Positions 55,866 through 64,000 of a stretch of DNA of 64,000 nucleotides are shown piece after piece. Position numbers and translations under genes: made by a program. This DNA comes from a virus, in the IMG/VR virus record IMGVR_UViG_3300023179_000037, positions 1-64,000 of that record; one strand, 5' to 3'. Positions within the stretch are counted from its first letter, which is position 1; the number at the start of each line of letters is the position of its first letter. Below the pieces are notes generated by a model. That model saw only the letters and a list, made by a program, of their open reading frames with translations. It had not been told where the DNA came from and did no database searches.

Positions 55866-56332
55866 AAAAATTTAACGAATTTCTAACTGAAGGTAGAATT
55901 AAAGAAGAACAACTTAATGATTGGATTTCTGTTTTTACCTGGGAAGATATAAGTGATTTGTATGGTCTACACGAATTTGAATCTACCCCCGAAACTTTAT
56001 CTGAAAAAATTTCTGCCACAACAAGATTAAGAAAAAGTCAGCAACTAAAAACTAAATCTGCAAAATTACAAATGGCAAGGCAGATGAAGCTACTTCGTAC
56101 TTCTACACCGGCAATATTGAATAGAAGAGCTAAAGAAGCAGCGAGAAGAATGTTGATAAAAAAGCTTTTACAAGGTAAAGATAAATCACAATTATCTGCT
56201 CAAGAAAGGGATAGAATAGAACAAAGCGTATCTAATCTTATTTCTACAAATCCCGTATTTGTTCAAAAAATGATTATGAAAGTTAAAAAATTAGAACAAT
56301 CAAGATTAATCAGTAAAAATAATACTAAATGA
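55862..56332 (+). CDS. basic protein with capsid-targeting-like N-terminus
   Basis: MKKFNEFLTE; basic helical C-part. Confidence 0.6.
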   Translation: MKKFNEFLTEGRIKEEQLNDWISVFTWEDISDLYGLHEFESTPETLSEKISATTRLRKSQQLKTKSAKLQMARQMKLLRTSTPAILNRRAKEAARRMLIKKLLQGKDKSQLSAQERDRIEQSVSNLISTNPVFVQKMIMKVKKLEQSRLISKNNTK

Positions 56333-58830
56333 AGATTCCTATAACTAATGAGGATCTAAGAACCTGGTTTAGACAAAAATGGGTTCGAATGGATACTAAA
56401 GGTAATATAAAGGGTGACTGCGCTAGAGAAGAAGGTGAAGGTAAACCAAAATGCTTGCCCTTGGCTAAAGCATCATCAATGAGTAAAACTGATAGAGCAG
56501 CTGCAGTAAAAAGAAAAAGAAGAGAAGATCCTATAGCAGATAGATTCGGTAAAGGCGGTAAACCAATAAATGTTAGGACAGAGAAAATGGATTTAGAGGA
56601 AGAAAATAAACCAACGAAACCTGATCTATGGGCAAGAGCAAAGGCATTGGCAAAATCTAAATTCGATGTTTACCCTTCTGCTTATGCTAATGGTTGGGCG
56701 GCTAAATGGTATAAATCTAAAGGTGGGAGTTGGAAATCTGTCAGTGAGGGTATAGATGACGAAGGTGGAATGGCTAAAGGTGATTTGGAAACTATAGCAT
56801 CTAAAGCTAAAGAATTGTCTAAAATGATGAAAAAAAATAAACAACTTGATGCTTGGGTACAATCTAAAATAACTAAAGCTGATGATTATATCGGTTCAGT
56901 GCATGATTTTTTAAAGAATGGAAAACAAGAAGTAGATGAACAAATGCAAAAGAAAACATTTTTTACACTTAGAGAACAACTTGATTCTGTTTGTATAGAT
57001 TGTGATGATTCTCTTTATGGATCGGTAGAAGAAGATTTTGAACCAACAGGTGAAGAACAATATGAGAATTGGGATCTACAGGAATCTACATATTCGTACG
57101 ATCCTTTCAAATCAATTACAAAATTTAATACAACGTCTAAAGGGCACACAGTTGTAGGTATAACCAAGGATGAGCAAGGACGAAAAGGTGCAAATATTTT
57201 AAAACATAAAAGTGGAGGATATTTTGCATCACCCGGATCATTAACTAGACCAGAGGGCGATATACATAAAACACCCGAAGAAGCTGCTAAAGCATTTCAT
57301 ACGAAGCGTAATGAAAAACTAGTTGAAGCTGAAACACCATTGTCCTATATGCTTAAAAATCCAGGCAAAAAAGTGCCCTTTCATTTAGATCCAAATAGAC
57401 CATTTGACCCAGATATGCCTAAGAAAAATCCAGTGGCCAAAGCAGGCAAATATGGGCAAGGTTTCTCTACAGCAAAACACTTGGCTAAACAGGGCATGGC
57501 AAGTGTTAGTAAAAAGAAAATCAAAGAAACACATGATCAAGCATATCAATCATCTTATGGTGATAATAATGCTATAGATATTTTACAAAACTGGAAAAAT
57601 GAGGTTCCGGCGCAATATGCTGAGCATTTAATGAATACTTTTGGTGAACCCGATGATATAACTAGTGATCTGGTAATATGGAAAAATACCGATGGATTTA
57701 AACGAATAGAAATTAAAGATGAATATGTAATGCATACTAGTCCAGAACCACATTATGATTATTGTTATTGTTTTATTGATCTTAAAGTGCCTCATATGCT
57801 TGCTACATCATTAGCTGATTGTAGCGAAAGTATTTTAATAGATTTTTTAAAAAATGAGGTAGGTGCAAGATGTGCAAGCTTAGCGGCAAATGCTGTGACA
57901 CTAAATTTTGTAATGGATGTAGTTGCCGGCAGAGCGAAACCAACTAAACAAGAATATGAATCTAGAATAATGAAAATGCATGATGCATTTGATCAGGGAA
58001 AAACCTTTAAAATAGATTGGTGGCCAGACGAAAGTCATGATACTGATCCCAATAATCCTTACTACGCTGAGGATACTGAGGGTGATTTGTATGAAGCAAA
58101 AAATCTTGCACAGCAAGCAGCAATTGCAATTGCTATGAAAAAAGCAGGTATACCCCCTAAGAATGTAGATGAAGCCAAATATCAAAAATTAACTCCTCGA
58201 CAAAAATTTACTAATTCTTTAGCACGTGCAGGCTATGATGTAAATGCCAGTTCAAAACGAATACAAGACTTATTAGCTAAGCAAAAGAAAGAGCGTGAAG
58301 AAAGAGAAAAGCAAAGTGTGGCGGAAGGCGCTAAATGGCGTAAACACCCAGATGCATATGATGTAGATGATGAGGGTAATAAAACACCTCGTAATCCTAA
58401 TAGTTCTAAGTTTGGTTACGATCCACTTCAACGCAGAGCAGATACAGCAAATGATGCTAAAACTTCCAAAGGTAAGGTATCAGCATTAAAAACCTCATTG
58501 AAAATGGCTAAAGGTCAGAAAGGTGTGGCGGAAGGCATTGAACTACAAGAAGCAGAAAAGAATGGTAGAACTGTTCAGCTAAATAAACCATTTAGAACAT
58601 CTGATGGCAAAGGAAAATTTGCTGTTTATACAAAGAATGATAAAGGCAATGTGGTAAAGGTTAATTTTGGAGATACTACAGGATTAACCATAAAGACTGG
58701 TAATCCAGAAAGACGTCGAAGTTTTAGAGCTAGACATAATTGTGATGATCCGGGGCCTCGTTATAAAGCGCGTTTCTGGGCATGCAAAAGTTGGTCCAAA
58801 GATACTGTTTCTGCAGGCTTAGGTACTTAA
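56329..58830 (+). CDS. modular, polyprotein-like putative internal virion protein
   Basis: Unrelated modules separated by hydrophobic-X-Glu sites. Confidence 0.6.
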   Translation: MKIPITNEDLRTWFRQKWVRMDTKGNIKGDCAREEGEGKPKCLPLAKASSMSKTDRAAAVKRKRREDPIADRFGKGGKPINVRTEKMDLEEENKPTKPDLWARAKALAKSKFDVYPSAYANGWAAKWYKSKGGSWKSVSEGIDDEGGMAKGDLETIASKAKELSKMMKKNKQLDAWVQSKITKADDYIGSVHDFLKNGKQEVDEQMQKKTFFTLREQLDSVCIDCDDSLYGSVEEDFEPTGEEQYENWDLQESTYSYDPFKSITKFNTTSKGHTVVGITKDEQGRKGANILKHKSGGYFASPGSLTRPEGDIHKTPEEAAKAFHTKRNEKLVEAETPLSYMLKNPGKKVPFHLDPNRPFDPDMPKKNPVAKAGKYGQGFSTAKHLAKQGMASVSKKKIKETHDQAYQSSYGDNNAIDILQNWKNEVPAQYAEHLMNTFGEPDDITSDLVIWKNTDGFKRIEIKDEYVMHTSPEPHYDYCYCFIDLKVPHMLATSLADCSESILIDFLKNEVGARCASLAANAVTLNFVMDVVAGRAKPTKQEYESRIMKMHDAFDQGKTFKIDWWPDESHDTDPNNPYYAEDTEGDLYEAKNLAQQAAIAIAMKKAGIPPKNVDEAKYQKLTPRQKFTNSLARAGYDVNASSKRIQDLLAKQKKEREEREKQSVAEGAKWRKHPDAYDVDDEGNKTPRNPNSSKFGYDPLQRRADTANDAKTSKGKVSALKTSLKMAKGQKGVAEGIELQEAEKNGRTVQLNKPFRTSDGKGKFAVYTKNDKGNVVKVNFGDTTGLTIKTGNPERRRSFRARHNCDDPGPRYKARFWACKSWSKDTVSAGLGT
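58316..58536 (+). repeat. 14-nt direct repeat GTGTGGCGGAAGGC flanking an in-frame 207-nt module
   Basis: Copies at 58316-58329 and 58523-58536. Confidence 0.85.
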
Positions 58831-58871
58831 TCAAATAAATATAATAATAAGAATTAATAAAAGGAACTACA

Positions 58872-60173
58872 ATGATTAGAATCACTAATAATCTTTTTGA
58901 GGCGATTCAAAAAGTTACGCAAGGCAATAATAATCCTTCAAAACTAAATGAAGAGCATCTGGATGTTTCTGACGATGTCATTTCTAAAATGGTAGATGAA
59001 CTATCGGATGACGAATTTGTTGAAGCTTTGGAAGAAGCCAGTTATTCAGCTAAAGCTGCTCGTGCTGGTAAAGACATTGGTAAGCCGGGCAAAATGTTTG
59101 CGAAGATTGCTGCTTCTGCTGCCAAGCGTTATGGTTCGGAAGAGCGAGGCAAGAAAGTTGCTGGTGCTGTTCTAGCTAAACTTCGCAAAATGGAAGAAGC
59201 TGAAGAGTTGGATGAATTAGATAAATCTACTTTAGGTTCTTATGTTAAAAAAGCTGCCAGGGATGTGCAACAAAATACTTATAGATCGGGATTATCTGCT
59301 GCTAGAGGTGTTACTAATGAACCAAGTATTAGTAAGACTCAAAAAAGACAAACGGGTATTGCTAAAGCAGTGAATAGACTTACTAGTGAAGATATTGAGC
59401 AGACCAATGAAGCACAGACCAGTGCTGCAGCCAGATATGCTAAAGCTAAAATGAGTTCGCAAGCTAAAACAACTATGAAGCATGTTGCTAATCCTACTGC
59501 TGGAGAAATGCAAGCTGCAAAGGATATCAAACCTGGTATTGCTGGGTATCGTGACCGTGCAGCAATGCTTAAGTCTGCAGAAAAAGACGGGCGCCTAAAA
59601 GAAGGTATGGATTCAGTAGGCAAAGAGGATTCGGATATCAACAATGACGGTAAGACAGATAAGTCAGATTCTTATTTACTCAATCGCCGTAAAGCAATTA
59701 AGACTGCAATGAAGGAACAAATAGAAGTAAAGTATTATGTTGAAGAAACGGCAACTGTTGAAGTTCCCGCAGATCCAACTTATGCTGATTATCTTGATGC
59801 AGTACAAACTATTGTAGGTTCAGATGATCATGAATTACAACAAGATATAATAGCTATTGCTGAAGAAGCATTTGACAAACAAGAGTTTAATATTATTCTT
59901 GAAGCGGCAATCACAAAACAGCAAAAGAAAGATTTAAAACAAAAAATGAATTATTATTTTGGTGATTTTAAACCAACAATGAAACCAGAAACTATTAAAA
60001 GAACTGTTGGCGCCAGACATGACATTGAAACAAAAGGCGGAGTAACAAAAGCAACTGCTAGGCTCGCTCATACCACCGGAGAAAGTCCAGAAGAAGCAAA
60101 AGCAAGAAGAGCTGTCGATAAAAGAGAAAAGCAACTTGCAAAGATGGCTAAAGTTCTAAAATCAAGAAAATAG
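58872..60173 (+). CDS. modular basic/acidic putative internal head or core protein
   Basis: Repeated LxE sites alternating with K/A-rich blocks. Confidence 0.55.
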   Translation: MIRITNNLFEAIQKVTQGNNNPSKLNEEHLDVSDDVISKMVDELSDDEFVEALEEASYSAKAARAGKDIGKPGKMFAKIAASAAKRYGSEERGKKVAGAVLAKLRKMEEAEELDELDKSTLGSYVKKAARDVQQNTYRSGLSAARGVTNEPSISKTQKRQTGIAKAVNRLTSEDIEQTNEAQTSAAARYAKAKMSSQAKTTMKHVANPTAGEMQAAKDIKPGIAGYRDRAAMLKSAEKDGRLKEGMDSVGKEDSDINNDGKTDKSDSYLLNRRKAIKTAMKEQIEVKYYVEETATVEVPADPTYADYLDAVQTIVGSDDHELQQDIIAIAEEAFDKQEFNIILEAAITKQQKKDLKQKMNYYFGDFKPTMKPETIKRTVGARHDIETKGGVTKATARLAHTTGESPEEAKARRAVDKREKQLAKMAKVLKSRK

Positions 60174-60194
60174 CCAATACAAAAGGGGAAAAAA

Positions 60195-60728
60195 ATGTCT
60201 CAATGGGGAAAATTAGATAGAATAAACCTATCTGGTGTAACAGCAATAGCAAATTTAAACAGTACAACTGTAACAACTACTACTAGTTCTTTTGTAACTG
60301 CCAATGTTAAAGTCGGTGATGCATTAGTTATTGAGAACGTGGCTTATAGAGTAAATCAAATTAATAATGCAAATACAATTGTTTTAGATGTAGCGTATAC
60401 GAGTGCTAATTCTGCTATCTTAACTTTAGGAGTACAACAGTCACCAAAAGAATTAACCACATATGGTTGGGGTAATGCTGCGATTGGTTTGTGGAATTCT
60501 AAACGTAACGTGTACGGCGTAGATAGTGTTGAAGTTGGTGTTAATGCAAATAAGGCAAATGGTATTAGTCACACCGGTTGGGTAAGATATGAACGATATA
60601 CTTCATCTAACGGTAGTACTAGAAATAAATCAGAAGTATTAGTGGCAATGTCTAAGAATTTTAATAGAAATAATGCCGGTACACTACAAACTGATGCAAA
60701 CGACGATACGATAATCAAAGACGCATAA
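60195..60728 (+). CDS. putative virion structural protein
   Basis: MSQWG...HTGWV...R.KSEVLVAM pattern. Confidence 0.6.
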   Translation: MSQWGKLDRINLSGVTAIANLNSTTVTTTTSSFVTANVKVGDALVIENVAYRVNQINNANTIVLDVAYTSANSAILTLGVQQSPKELTTYGWGNAAIGLWNSKRNVYGVDSVEVGVNANKANGISHTGWVRYERYTSSNGSTRNKSEVLVAMSKNFNRNNAGTLQTDANDDTIIKDA

Positions 60729-60736
60729 GTTTTTAA

Positions 60737-63700
60737 ATGGCTGATCTTAAAGTCTCTGAACTAGAATCAGCTAATGTAGTACAGAGAGGTGATTTACTTT
60801 ATATTGTTCAGGATGGAACCAGTAAAAATGTAAATGCTGGTATTCTATTTGCATCCTTATCTGATCCTAGATTAGCTGGTAATGTACAACTAGGTGGAAA
60901 CGTACAAGTACTTTCCACTTCTGGTGTAATTAGTTTAACTGTTCCCAGAACAGAATTAATTGGTGGTAATGTTGCTAATACCACCGCTATTACTGATGGT
61001 ACAGCATTACCGGCAACAATCTTTATGTATACTCCCAATGTGTCTGGTACAGGATTGGGATTTACATTCACTGAAGGCGTAAGTTTTACTAAGAATATAG
61101 TTGTTAGTTACGCTAACAATAAAATAAAGTTAAACGGTTACTTCCCAAATGAATGGGCAGGATCGGGTGTAAATAAACCATTCCCAAGCGGATTGACCTT
61201 TGTTAAAGGCGCAAATTATGTCTTTAATGTTAGTGATCCTACCAATATTGGAAATACTTTATCGTTTTCCACATCCATAGATGGTACCAATACTCTAGGT
61301 ACTGAATACACTGCCAACGTTGTTAGAAACGGAACTGCAGGTTCTGCTGGTGCTAATATAACATTTATTCCTGCTAATGTAAGAATAGATGATGGTGGCC
61401 TAAAATATATTGATATCGCAAAAGGAACAGATGGCCAATTAAAGATTATTACTTTAACTAGCACCAGTGGAGGTAGCTATAGTTTAAGTAGTAATATTTT
61501 AAATAATCTTAATATAAAATTTACTAAATCTGGCGAAACAGCTTTCTTAATGTATTCAGGCAATGCTTGGATATTAGTTGGAGCAACGCCTGGATTTCAA
61601 ACCACATTCTCTGGTACTTCCGATGATGTGCCTGAGGGATCGAAATTATATTTTACTAATGCGAGAGCAAGAGCAGCAATTTCTGCATTTGATAATAGTA
61701 TTATATACGATTCTGTTTCTGGTACTATAAAAGCAAATGCTGCGTTCTTAGGCAACATTAGTATTTCTTCTATAGCAACTACAGATGAAATTCCCGAAGG
61801 ACCAATTGCTTTAGCAAATTTAAATTATGGTAGATCATATTTTACAAATGCTAGAGCTATTGCTGCAGTTACAGACGTTATACGATCTCAAACTGCTAAT
61901 CTTAATGCTGTAGCAAATATAACCTTTGCCAATGTAGCCAATGTTATTTACGTTACTTGTACTGGTAATGATGCTAATGATGGAAGGTCTATACAAAAAC
62001 CTTTGGCTAATATTCATACCGCATTAGCTAGATCAAAGGCATGGGATACTATTAAAGTAAGTAGTGGGCAATATGTGTTGTATAATCAACCTGTTACTAT
62101 TCCCACAAGAGTTTCTTTAGTTGGTGATAGTTTAAGAACTACTTCAGTATATCCATATCAAGCTAATGTTGATATGTTTTATGTTAATAATGGATGTTAT
62201 GTAACCGGATTCACATTTAGAAATCATGTTTCACCTGCTGCAGTATTTTCATACAATCCTAATGGATCTGCTGGATTTATTGTAACTAGTCCATATATTC
62301 AAAATTGTTCATCAATTACAACTACTGGTTGTGGTATGAGAGTTAATGGAAATTATGTTTCCGGTTTACGATCCATGGTAGTAGATTCCTATACCCAAAC
62401 CAATGAGGGTGGTATTGGAATTCATATGTTAAATAGAGGATATACGCAACTGGTATCTGTTTTTACTATTTGCTGTAATATTGCTATTTTATGTGAAAAT
62501 GGCGGATTTTGTTCTATTACCAATTCCAATTCATCCTTTGGTACTTATGGTTTGGTAGCTAGGGGAGTAAGTTTTCCTTTGTACTTTGGAACATTATTGT
62601 ATCAAGATGGCAATAATTTGACTCTGGGTAATTTAAATCAAAAACCAAATTATGGAGATGCAGTTTTAATTGCTGATTTTGATCAAAGTAAGTGCTCAAG
62701 AGATACGGGATTGATAGTAGATGCATTATTATTTGATTTAGCATACAACGGTAATACTGAAGCTACTTTTGCTGGGTTGCAGTATTTTGCTCAGTCAAGT
62801 TCTGCAATACCTGGGCAAGCCACTGAAACAATCAATGCCTTAAATTATGCGAAAAGATTGGCAACCAATGTTATTCTTAATATTGCAGTAACTCCTACAT
62901 ATCAATTAGCAAATTCGCAAGTTATTGTTGCGGGCCCAGTGGGGGGCCAAGATGGTGTTTATAAAATAAATAATGAATTTTATCTAATTACTGATATCAT
63001 TCAAAATGGGACGGTTGGAGTAACTGATAGAATAATTCCAAATAAGTATCCTGCTAATAGTGCTCCAAATATTAATCTATCAGCTAATATTCTTTATGCA
63101 AATAAAAATTTTATTCAGTCAGAAGTAGTAGCTTATGTTGCTAATGTATATCCCGCTTTCTCTTTTAATACAGCTAAATGTTTTAGAGATGTTGGCTATA
63201 TTATAGATAGTATTGTATTTGATTTAAGACACGATGGAAATAAACAAGCCATTACATCCGGGGTATACTATTATAACTTTAATGCGAATGTTTCACAAAT
63301 TAATAATCAAGTAGTGCAAACGAGATACGCATACAATTATATTGGTAGTTTAGTAACAAATTTAATACAAAATAAATCTGTAGCCAACTACAATGAGGCA
63401 AAGTGCAGGCGTGATACCGGATTGATAGTTGATTCATTGGTTATTGATTTGGCATATCAAAGTAATACTCAAGCAGTATTTGCCGGTTTACAATATTGGG
63501 CCCAAAGTTCTTCTGCTATTCCAGGTCAAGCTACAGAAACAATAGCAGCAATTGGATATGCCAAAAATTTAGCTACTAATGTTTTAGCTAATGTAACTAT
63601 TACTAATCTTAGACAAACCAATGTAGCTCAAGTTAGGGGATTGGGTGGTACAGCTATTGAAAAAGCGAATGTAGCAACGAATTTTGATCTAGTTGCCAAT

Positions 63701-64000
63701 ATTATTGGTGGTGGAACAGTAGGTGTAACTGATAGAATTATATCTAATAGATATCCAAAAACAGCAAATGCAACCATTAATAATGCAGCTAATTTATTGT
63801 ATTTAAATAATACTTTTATATCATCAGAAGTAGTAGCTTTTGTAAATCAAACTTATCCTTCTTTTACGTACAATGCTAATACTTGTGCAAGAGATGTTGG
63901 TTTTATTGTAGATAGTATTGTATTTGATTTAAGACATGGTGGAAATAGACAATCCATTATGTCTGGTGTCTATTATTATAACTTTAGCGCTAGTAATACT
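60737..64000 (+). CDS. large tail-fibre/baseplate-type structural protein (runs off the window end)
   Basis: MADLKVSEL start; DDVPEG..LYFTNARA repeats; beta-helix cap YVTCTGNDANDG; repeated KCxRDxGxIxD units; no stop found in the portion translated and no + strand ORF terminates here in the track. Confidence 0.75.
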   Translation, partial: MADLKVSELESANVVQRGDLLYIVQDGTSKNVNAGILFASLSDPRLAGNVQLGGNVQVLSTSGVISLTVPRTELIGGNVANTTAITDGTALPATIFMYTPNVSGTGLGFTFTEGVSFTKNIVVSYANNKIKLNGYFPNEWAGSGVNKPFPSGLTFVKGANYVFNVSDPTNIGNTLSFSTSIDGTNTLGTEYTANVVRNGTAGSAGANITFIPANVRIDDGGLKYIDIAKGTDGQLKIITLTSTSGGSYSLSSNILNNLNIKFTKSGETAFLMYSGNAWILVGATPGFQTTFSGTSDDVPEGSKLYFTNARARAAISAFDNSIIYDSVSGTIKANAAFLGNISISSIATTDEIPEGPIALANLNYGRSYFTNARAIAAVTDVIRSQTANLNAVANITFANVANVIYVTCTGNDANDGRSIQKPLANIHTALARSKAWDTIKVSSGQYVLYNQPVTIPTRVSLVGDSLRTTSVYPYQANVDMFYVNNGCYVTGFTFRNHVSPAAVFSYNPNGSAGFIVTSPYIQNCSSITTTGCGMRVNGNYVSGLRSMVVDSYTQTNEGGIGIHMLNRGYTQLVSVFTICCNIAILCENGGFCSITNSNSSFGTYGLVARGVSFPLYFGTLLYQDGNNLTLGNLNQKPNYGDAVLIADFDQSKCSRDTGLIVDALLFDLAYNGNTEATFAGLQYFAQSSSAIPGQATETINALNYAKRLATNVILNIAVTPTYQLANSQVIVAGPVGGQDGVYKINNEFYLITDIIQNGTVGVTDRIIPNKYPANSAPNINLSANILYANKNFIQSEVVAYVANVYPAFSFNTAKCFRDVGYIIDSIVFDLRHDGNKQAITSGVYYYNFNANVSQINNQVVQTRYAYNYIGSLVTNLIQNKSVANYNEAKCRRDTGLIVDSLVIDLAYQSNTQAVFAGLQYWAQSSSAIPGQATETIAAIGYAKNLATNVLANVTITNLRQTNVAQVRGLGGTAIEKANVATNFDLVANIIGGGTVGVTDRIISNRYPKTANATINNAANLLYLNNTFISSEVVAFVNQTYPSFTYNANTCARDVGFIVDSIVFDLRHGGNRQSIMSGVYYYNFSASNT

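Noticed and set aside
1222-62744. Numerous short antisense or alternate-frame ORFs in the track (for example 1222..1572, 6358..6801, 27938..28279, 44699..45091, 59339..59644)
   Set aside because: They are shadows of well-supported genes, with no motifs or independent signals

Overview
AT-rich segment of a large T4-like (Tevenvirinae/cyanophage-style gene order) myophage genome. The host is probably a proteobacterium: an RpoZ homolog resembles betaproteobacterial omega, and hsp20 has a ROSE-like leader. From left to right the window holds: a 7-deazaguanine DNA-modification cluster (dpdA, a DpdL/QueD-like gene, a glycosyltransferase, galE, queD); gp47/gp46, def and cobT/cobS-like genes; a ~14 kb sugar-biosynthesis and glycosyltransferase island; gp45/44/62, regA and hsp20; a minus-strand late operon of secreted or membrane proteins; DNA polymerase gp43, uvsX and helicase gp41; tRNAs and auxiliary genes; and late genes for putative capsid-packaged proteins plus a tail-fibre-like ORF that runs off the end. 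Most notable observations: (1) gp43 is split into A and B genes, and gp43B is interrupted by a 10-nt gap, GGT-TAACTAA-GGT. Stops block both relevant frames and the codons on either side match, which suggests programmed ribosomal bypassing in an essential gene. (2) gp41 is fractured by a naturally split intein with a 14-aa N-fragment. (3) A preQ1-I-like riboswitch and a leader ORF precede queD. (4) DpdA ends in a sliding-clamp-binding-like peptide and sits next to a glycosyltransferase and GalE. (5) There is a D-arm-less, rewired tRNA(UCU)-like RNA. (6) Several late proteins carry capsid-targeting-like N-termini or look like polyproteins. All family assignments come from motif recognition by eye; no searches were run.
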